Assembly (NCBI RefSeq): GCF_009914755.1
Contig: NC_060929.1
Strand: one strand, 5' to 3'
Origin: the human T2T-CHM13v2.0 reference genome, Homo sapiens
DNA length: 64,000 nucleotides
The notes under the pieces were generated by a model. It was not told the DNA's origin. It was given only the letters and a program-made list of their open reading frames with translations, and ran no database searches. Below are positions 53,501 through 64,000 of the stretch, one piece after another. The translations under genes and the position numbers were made by a program. Each line of letters begins with the position of its first letter. Within the stretch, counting starts at the first letter, position 1.

Positions 53501-56447
53501 AACCACAACCTCATGCCAAGTTTTGTACATTCATTAATGCGAGTGAGATTTTCTGGTCTCAGATCACATATAATAATGTCAAAGTCCTTTTCCTAAACTA
53601 CTGAAAACCTTAGCACAAGTCCTATTTTGTAGCTTCCTCCTTCTCCTTCTTCCATATCACTGACAGTTTTACAAAAGTGGCAGCTCCAGGAAGCTGTCAA
53701 AATTTGCCTCCACATTTTGAGGGGATAAAAGAAATTGCCTTAGATACTGATATTAAATTATGAGCCTCGCTAAGCCCTCAGAGACCTAATGGGAGATTTG
53801 ACCCTGGTTACCATTCTGGAATAAAACTCCTCCAAAGTTTTTGCTGAAAATTATGAAACTCACAAGATTATTCCTATGTAACATTATAAGGGTAGTTTTG
53901 GTTGGTTTGTCTTTCACTTTTGGACTACAGAGAAAGTTATAATCCATTGTGCATGGTTATCAATTTTATTATATTTTTAATATTTACTCACTGTTGCCAC
54001 ATATTATTTCAGAATTAAAGTATATACTTGTCATACTAACTTTATTAAAATGCAGTATATATGTCTGTACCCAACTGTTTTTTTTCAGTTTTGTGGTTAT
54101 ATTAAATTAGATTTCCTGATATTTAATTATTTAATTATAAGAGTATTCATTTTCTAATTTCTCTTGAAACCACTGCCAATTTTCTGCCTCAAATGTTTAC
54201 CATTTCATTTTGTATTACTGTTTCATTGCACTTTTTATTTTAACCTTAAAATAATCTAAAGGTCTCAAAAATATTTTAATACCATTTTTATTTGACATAG
54301 TCATAAAACCTGCTTTAATTCCTGAGATTTTAAAAACAAATCATGAGGGTAATATGTTTGTGTTTTATCCCATTCTCTAGAACTGTTGTGTTTATAAAAC
54401 TCAACAAACAATTTATATTTTCTTTTGTCAGAATTAACACTGTATATTGAATTATATTTGAGTTGGAAAATGTGCAATAGAAAGAGCAGAACTCAAAATT
54501 CAGGGCTGAATGAGTCTTAGGTGTGATACAGATGACCTCAGCCTTCCTATATATTTCTGTATAAACCAACTGATAAATTAAGAAACCCAGAGCTCTCACA
54601 TTTCTGTTTTTATAGGAACTGGGATTAGACACAGATATATAGATATTTTTAGGAAAAAGAAAGAAAGAAAGAAAAAATAAATAAGGGATATTATAAAAAC
54701 CAAATTCATATTTCTCACATTATAAAAGTACCTATCCCAAACATATATGGAAAATTATTAGTTCATAGCAAATGAGAGGGGCAAGATACAGTATTATGAA
54801 TTGGCTTGTTCTTGGTTAAGGGTTACTTCTTATTAGAATGTATTATTGACTTGGTTAATAAATAAAAACAAATTACATTTAGTGAGTCTGTTAACTTTGC
54901 AAATATAACAACCTAACTTGCTCTTTTTCACTATATTTACTAACTTTTTTTGGAAAAATGTCTTTAAAGCAAAAGCCTTCCTGAAATTTTTCCAAGACAT
55001 GTAGTAATAAATAGCATAGGTGACTTAGAATCAAAGACATTTCACACTTCTTTTTTATGTATTCCATGATAATTGGTGAAACTTTGAATGTAATAATGAG
55101 CCTGACCATGTAGAAGCATGAAAGTGTCAATGTGTGCCTTAGTTCTACATAAAGAAATATACTAGGCACATGAGATGAGAAGAGGTACAATAGCAAAAAT
55201 CTCATATTCATATGACACATGAAGGGTTGGTTCCACTGACTCAGGAAATTTGGATTCTGAGATTTATATGAGACCACCTGTTAGCAGCAAGGTGCTCTTT
55301 ATAAGGGCATGCCTGCTTTTAGATCTCAGGATACAAATAATTTTTAAATAATGCACGTAGAATTAGAGAGTCCAAAAATCAACTTTGAGGAATTTTGTTT
55401 TTTTCTTCCCTTTACAATAGAAGATATGTGGCTTAACAAAAACAATTATGATAATATAATTAACAGAAAGACAACAACAGAGAAAAGGTCTGGATATGAG
55501 TTCCTTTAATGCAAGTAAAAGCAAGGTGATTTGTGGGTGTAGGTAAAGGTAAAATGTTTTCTAAAACTCCTACCAACTAAGGACAAACTTCATTAGTATT
55601 GAAATCCCAGGAAAGCACCCAGCTATGAATAATAGTCCTATATTTTTCAAAGGGTAAACTTTACCATTCTGCTGTGATAGCAAGATATTTACACCACTTT
55701 TATTTCTTCTAACACCCTTGGGGACTCTGGCTACCTGCCTGCTTGCCCACCAGTTGCAAATATTTCCAGAATATTCTTGAAGGAGTACTGTGATATGAGT
55801 AAATCACTCATTTGTACCATTTTTTAAGAGTCTCAGTTTTCTGGACTGCCTGAATTACATTTCTGTAGACAGGATTTCCATCAGTGAAGAAGCTATATTT
55901 TTGAAATCAGATAAGTCTAGCACAAACCGGGTACAAAACAAGCATATGAGTCAGCAATTGAATTTTTAAGAAAAAGAAAATAAGTTTTAGACATCACTAA
56001 GTCAAAATATGTAATGTTTTCTCTTTTTTTGGATCTTTTGGATCACTTTTCTTCTTGAATTTCATTTTTTATGATAAAATCAGGTAGGAAAATATCTTTA
56101 TCTTTGGAGATTACCTTATTCTTTGAGGTGGTAGATTAAAAGAGTATATGAAAGAGTCTGCCGAGACCAGCTCGGTTGGGGAGACCCTAACCCAGAGGCA
56201 CTAGAGGAATTAAAGACACACACACAGAAATATAGAGGTGTGAAGTGGGAAATCAGGGGTCTCACATCCTTCAGAGCTGAGAGCCTCAGACAGAGATTTA
56301 CTCACGTATTTATTAACAGCAAGCCAGTCATTAGCATTGTTTTTATAGACACTAAATTAACTAAAAGTATCCCTTATGGGAAATGAAGGGATGGGCCAAA
56401 TTAAAGGGATAGGTTGGGCTAGTTAACTGCAGCAGGAGCTGTCCTTA

Positions 56448-58350
<1,903 letters not shown>

Positions 58351-59059
58351 AAGAATGCCTTTAAGCGGTTTTCCGCCCTGGGCGGGCCAGGTGTTCCCTG
58401 CCCTCATTGCAGTAAACCCACAACCTTCCAGCTTGGGTGTATGGCCGTCACAAACGTGTCACAGTGCTGCAGAGATTTTGTTTATGGCCAGTTTTGAGAC
58501 CAGATTCTGGGGGGCTTCTTCCCAACAAAAGTCTGATCAGACTCTTTTCTTACCTAAGTTTTTCATATTAAAGGGCACAAATTGAGTTTACAAGTTCACA
58601 TTTCAATCCCATTGCTCAGTGTACAACAGATTAGATCTGGGGGACAACAACTTAGATATCAACAGGTAATATGTTTTCTTGCACTGCCATTTTTTTCCTT
58701 CAGTATATATGGCAGTGAGTGAGTAATTCAAGATTCAGTTCCTAGACCCTCTTCCTCCTATTTTTTCTCAAGCTTTACTGCAATAAATGGTACTATAATG
58801 ATTTAAAAGAGTTAATATAGATTCCAAGTGTGTATTTTGCTCTTATCTATACTTTCACCGAGAAAACTAAGTTTTAATATTATTATTACTTAGGAACATT
58901 TTTTAGTAAACAAGTTGCACTAAAATGTTTATAACATAGTTCCAGACAATAACCTTGCTTCTTTTATATATCATTTTAGTTTATATAATAAGTATCAACT
59001 GAATGTCAATTTTGTATATATTTATAGAGATATTTAATTTATAGGCTCAAGGAAAGTAA

Positions 59060-59265
59060 CTGTGTCAGGCAATCTTCTAGAAAACTTAAAAATTAATTTA
59101 CTTAATTATCATAACAACCTATAAGACAAAATTTATTATAAAGATGCTAAAAATGAGGTACAGAGAGACTAATTAACTCTCTCAAGGTAACAGAGCTAGT
59201 ATGATAAGGAATTGGGAATTTGAACACAGGCAGTCTGAATCTAAAGTACTTGTTTTTCACTACTA
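59060..59265 (-). mobile_element. MIR
   Basis: cataacaacctat...aatgaggtacagagag...caaggtaacagagctagt...tttgaacacaggcagtctg. Confidence 0.8.
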
Positions 59266-61854
59266 GCCAGTGGAAGATGACTATTACACAGTTTTTATTT
59301 TTTCTGAGGAATATCATAATCTATTGAAGACACAGTTTAGGTAGGAGATTGTTTTTTAATGATAAATGTTTTGGTTTATCACTATGTTCACAATAACACT
59401 ATTCATCATCTGTCTACCCATCCAAGAATCACAGTTTCTCAGAGCTCAATATTATCCTCGATAAATCTACAAAACCAAGTTTTTCAAAAGAGGAGTTCTG
59501 GGAGTGAATCTTCTTACTAGCTTCCATGTTTACTATTTACTTATCTTTTATAAACATAAATTCTTCAGGCTGCAGACTAAGTATCTCATTTGCTTTCAAA
59601 GGTTATAGAGCATATACATTAAAATAAATATTATTAAGTATTGATAGTTATCCTTATTTCCTGTCAATATTATCATATATCCTATTCTGCAATTGCATAT
59701 TCATTCAATCTCCTATCTCATGAATCTCTTCTTAAATTAATTTTGAAGTTCAAATTAGGATAAAATTATTTAGTCCAGTTGTACTTAGTTAAGAATAAAA
59801 GAGAAAAATTACCCATAGTTTTCTACATATTATGAAACTGTTTAGTGACCCCAATATTTGATTACTTTTAAGGCAACAAAAGGTTTTGTTATGCTTATTT
59901 GTACCATGGTAATTAGATACATTTGCAAATACTTGTACCTCTTGTAACTAGGGCTGATTGTTTTTAATTTCATAGATATGCAATCTGAGAGGTTATTCTT
60001 CCAAAATTATACTTTCATCTGTACATCGTTTGAACCATAGCTTTTGGAATTTTTAGCAAGCATGATTCTTTGTAACTAGCATTTTTTAATATAAGGCTTA
60101 TTACAAAAAATATATAACAGTGAAGCCTTCAGAAAATGCATTAATAGTCTTATGATTTGATTTCCTCACAAAAAATAGATACTTGTGAATACTACACAAA
60201 ATATAAGTTATAAAATTAGATATACTGAATTGATTAAGATAAAATCCACATTTTAGGTACAGAAATATTCTCCATTTTAACAAACTATAATTTTGCATTA
60301 TAACTACTATAAGTCAACAGTGACTTTTTAGTATTTTATAAATCACAAAAATAGTATTAGCTTTGTAGTTTGTACAACTTGTTTAATTTTTCTAAATAAA
60401 TTAAGATACTGTAGTACATGACCCTTAAGCTAATTATGTTTCATTTTATTAATGCCAATAAAGTAACAGGCCAATTGTATTTATTATAGTCTATGTCTAT
60501 AATATCATTATACATGCATAAAATGTAACATCCTAAACCAGTTTTTAAATTTAAATTATTTTTAATAATACCAGCTTGTATGTAAACTATTCATACAGTT
60601 TGAGCAAATTAAGCATCATGCGGAATTTTGTGAGGTAATTTAAAACATCATCAAGCCACTCAATAATTCCACAATATGATCTTACCATATTTGAAACCAG
60701 GAAACAGAACTGAACTAAACTGAAATAGCAATGTTAAATATGATCTCTGAAATTACTTATCTTCAATATCCACTGAATGACATTTGATTTTTAAAATTTT
60801 CCTTCTGCTGACTATCACAATCTTCTAGAAAATATGTCTTTTGAGTTACTGCATACATTGCTGTTTTCTATCCTTCCTGATATTTCACTCGAAGCAAAAC
60901 ATAGGATTTAAAAAGTTTTGTCCACTTTCTCTATTTCAGCACTACTTTTGCTGTTGTGCCTTTGCAAATTCTGTTCTCTCCGAGTAAAATACTTTTTTCC
61001 TGTTTGACCTATGTCTTTCATACTGAGAAACATTATATTTACAGTTGCTGTGATGATTGTATGAATTAATATACAGAAAGTAATTAGAACAGTCCTGGAC
61101 ATATATGAGACATATAAGTATCAAAGAAAATGAAAGAAAGAAAAAAATTAACTAATGTATCATTCTTTTTTGCTAGATGAGTTTGATGAACATTATTAGA
61201 GATATTATCTTACCACATGAAAATTGATAGACTTCCTCTCCATCTTCTCTGATAGACAGTGAGCTGGTAAAAAGCTGATACTATGTCTCATTCAGCTCCA
61301 TATTATGAGTCCTTAATATTATGGCATCAGTGGCATTTGGAGTTCAGTGGCCTTCAAGTAGGATATAAAATTCAGTTGAAATATCTTAAATACTTTTCAA
61401 CCAAATTGCTCAACTAAGATGTGCAATAGCAACAACAACAAAAGACAGGTTGAGAGAATAGTTAATACTTCCCAAAGGTATTATTGAACTTGATTCAATT
61501 TCATATCAAATTGGTTTTCTTCTGAATTGACCTATGATACACCAGAACACCTGGGATCCTGACTTATATATGTTATATATTATTGCTGAAAAGATCAGAA
61601 GATGTTAGCAAATTGGCCAATAAAGCATAGTTTGCTGACCCTAGATCAAATCAATAAAATTGTCTATACTAAAGGTTGAGAATTCACTGGAGTGTTAATT
61701 GACATATCTAATTCTCATTAAAGAAAATAAATGCTTAGTTTTCATTTGTCATGCAACATGGTAAAATAGAGTTTGGATTAAATCAATTTTTGATAAGTTT
61801 TTTTTCAAAATACATGAATAAGTGCTACTAAAATAAGAATTATGTTATCCTTTT

Positions 61855-63940
61855 GGACCCACCCGAGCCCAAGATCACCCCTGAAGATTCATGCTTCACC
61901 CCAGCCCACATTCAGGCTCCAGGAATGCCTTTGTAGAACCTAACAACAGACCAGCCCCTGTGGTTCCAAGCTCCAGGCCAACCACTATAGAACTAGTCTC
62001 TAAGTCCACTCCAGTGGTTGCTGGTGCCATTTTGGACACCATGGACCCAGACTTCAGGCCAAACTACCAAGGAGCTAGGAAGTACACAGTCACATGAGTA
62101 CTCCAGAAACACATCAACCCAGAATCTCTGAAAGCTATTGATGAAAGTCTTTCCCAATGAAAACTAATATCTAAGGACTGGAAGAGGTGACCACTTCCAA
62201 TGTTCAGACACTAATCCAAGGCTACGAGGATCACCAAAGATCAGAGAAACATCATACCCCCAAAGTAACAAAAGAAATCACCAACAACTTACCCTAAATA
62301 AATGGAGATCTCCAAATTGCCTGACAAAAATTTCAAAAATTTCATCTTAAGGATGCCCAGTGAGTAACAAGAGAACACAAATAGACAAATAAACAATAAC
62401 AGAGAAAGTGTCTTTTCCCCCTTTTGCTCACCACTTCTCTCTCATGCTGCCATGTGAAGAACATGTTTGCTTCCCCTACTGCCATGATTCTGTAAGTTTC
62501 CTGAGGCCTCCCAAGCCATGTGGAACTCTGAGTCAATTAAACCACTTTCCTTTACAAATCGCCCAGTTTCAGGTATTTCTTCATAGCTGCATGAGAATGA
62601 ACTAATACAATAAGGAAATGTTATGAAAGCCAAATAATTGGACAACCTAGAAGAAATGAATAAATTCCTGGAAACATGTGACCTACCAAAAAGGAATCAA
62701 GAAGAAACAGAAACCCTTAATAGACCAGCAACAAATGGAAATATTGAGTCAGTGATCAAAAATTTTCCAATAACACTAGAAAGCCCAGGCATAAACAGCT
62801 TCACGTATCAGTCCTCCTAAATATGTTTTTAATTAATACCATTCATTCCTAAGCTGTTTCAAACAATAGAAGAGGGATCACTTAAAAACTCTTTTTATGA
62901 TGCCAGCATAACCCTGAAAACATTTATAAACCATATATCTGGTAAATGGTTATTATACAAAATATATAGTTTGGCTACAACTCAATGGGAATAATAATAA
63001 CAATAATAATAATAGCCCAAATTAAAAATATGCAAAGGTATAAATAGACATTTCTCTAAAGAAAACACAGATCTATGAAAAGGTGGTTGACACCACTAAT
63101 CATCAGGGAAATACCAATAGAAAACATAAGATGTCACATCTGTTAGAATGGTTTTCATCATTAAAAATATATATTGCACATTTTGGCAAGATTATGAAAA
63201 AAAATCCCTTGTATACTGTTTAAAAAAAAACCTGCAAGCAGAAATGTCATATGATCCATCAATCCCATTTCTGGGTACATACCCAGAGGAATAGAAATCA
63301 GTATATCAAAGACATATCTCAATTTCTAGGTTCATTTTAGCATAATTCACAATGGCAGGATATGGAAGCAATCCAAGTGTCCATCAATAAATGAATAAAG
63401 AAAACATGGTATATACATACAATGGATTACTATTCAGCTATAAAAAGAAATAACCCTGCCATTTACAAAAACATTGATGAACTTGGCAGACATTATGCTA
63501 AGTGAAATAATGCAGACACAGGAGAATAAATATTAAATGATGCTACTTATGTAATAAATATATAATAGCCAAATTCATAGAGGCACAGAGTAGAATGGTC
63601 ATTGTCGGGGCTGGGACACAAGAAAGGGAGAAAGGAAAGTATTAGTCAAAAGGTGTAAAGTTCTGGGTATATAAGACAAGTTAGCACTAATGACCCACTG
63701 TACAGCATAGTCCTTATAGATAACAACACTCTATTGTATACCTAAAGATTTTCTAAGAGGGTAGCATTTATTTTATGTTCTAATACAAATAATAAATAAG
63801 AGATTAGCAGAAAATTTGGAGGTGATGGATTTATGGTACAGACTGCAGTGATTGTTTAACAGGTGTATACTTCTCTTCAAACTCATTAAATTGCATACAT
63901 TATGCATGATATTTTATAAATAAAATTTTTAAATGAAAAA
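61855..63940 (+). mobile_element. Internally deleted L1MA9/MB-type element
   Basis: C-rich 5'UTR repeats (caggctccagg), an ORF1 start remnant, ORF2 DNLEEMNKFLET...SPG (62638-62820) and a 3'UTR tttggaggtgatggat...aactcattaaattg. Confidence 0.8.
62407..62609 (+). mobile_element. 3' half of a THE1D/MSTA LTR
   Basis: gctgccatgtgaaga...ttcctgaggcctccc...gagtcaattaaacc...aactaataca. Confidence 0.85.
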
Positions 63941-64000
63941 TAACATTAAGTTTTTTTTTTAAATGTGGGATGAACATATTTGGAAAATTGAAATGCAAAC

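Noticed and set aside
54330-55277. 100-aa and 128-aa minus-strand ORFs in unique DNA
   Set aside because: Composition is typical of random AT-rich frames (rich in F, L, I) and no domain is recognisable.

Overview
This is an AT-rich, apparently gene-free primate (hominine-type) intergenic or intronic window. Well over half of it is transposable-element sequence: nested LINE-1s of several ages (old L1M/ME, L1MA, L1PA15/16 and a young L1PA2), Alus and a FAM, MaLR, ERVL, ERV1 and ERVK LTRs, hAT MER elements, L2 and MIR. No host protein-coding exon could be supported. Nearly all longer ORFs in the track are L1 ORF1/ORF2 fragments or antisense Alu/L1 reading frames. The standout signal is a ~1.15 kb non-repeat segment on the minus strand (~32440-33640). 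Its translation, read through in-frame stops and at least one frameshift, aligns colinearly and in places without gaps to bornavirus nucleoprotein (N) as I recall it. This makes it a candidate endogenous bornavirus-like N element (EBLN), apparently from a divergent lineage. Other notable structures are a 75-bp near-identical templated insertion, a fold-back hairpin with tandem copies, an ~80-110 bp duplication bracketing an LTR, two twin-primed inverted L1s and a doubly deleted L1MA. Repeat subfamily names and the viral comparison come from memory of consensus sequences and need database confirmation. Boundaries of old elements are approximate.
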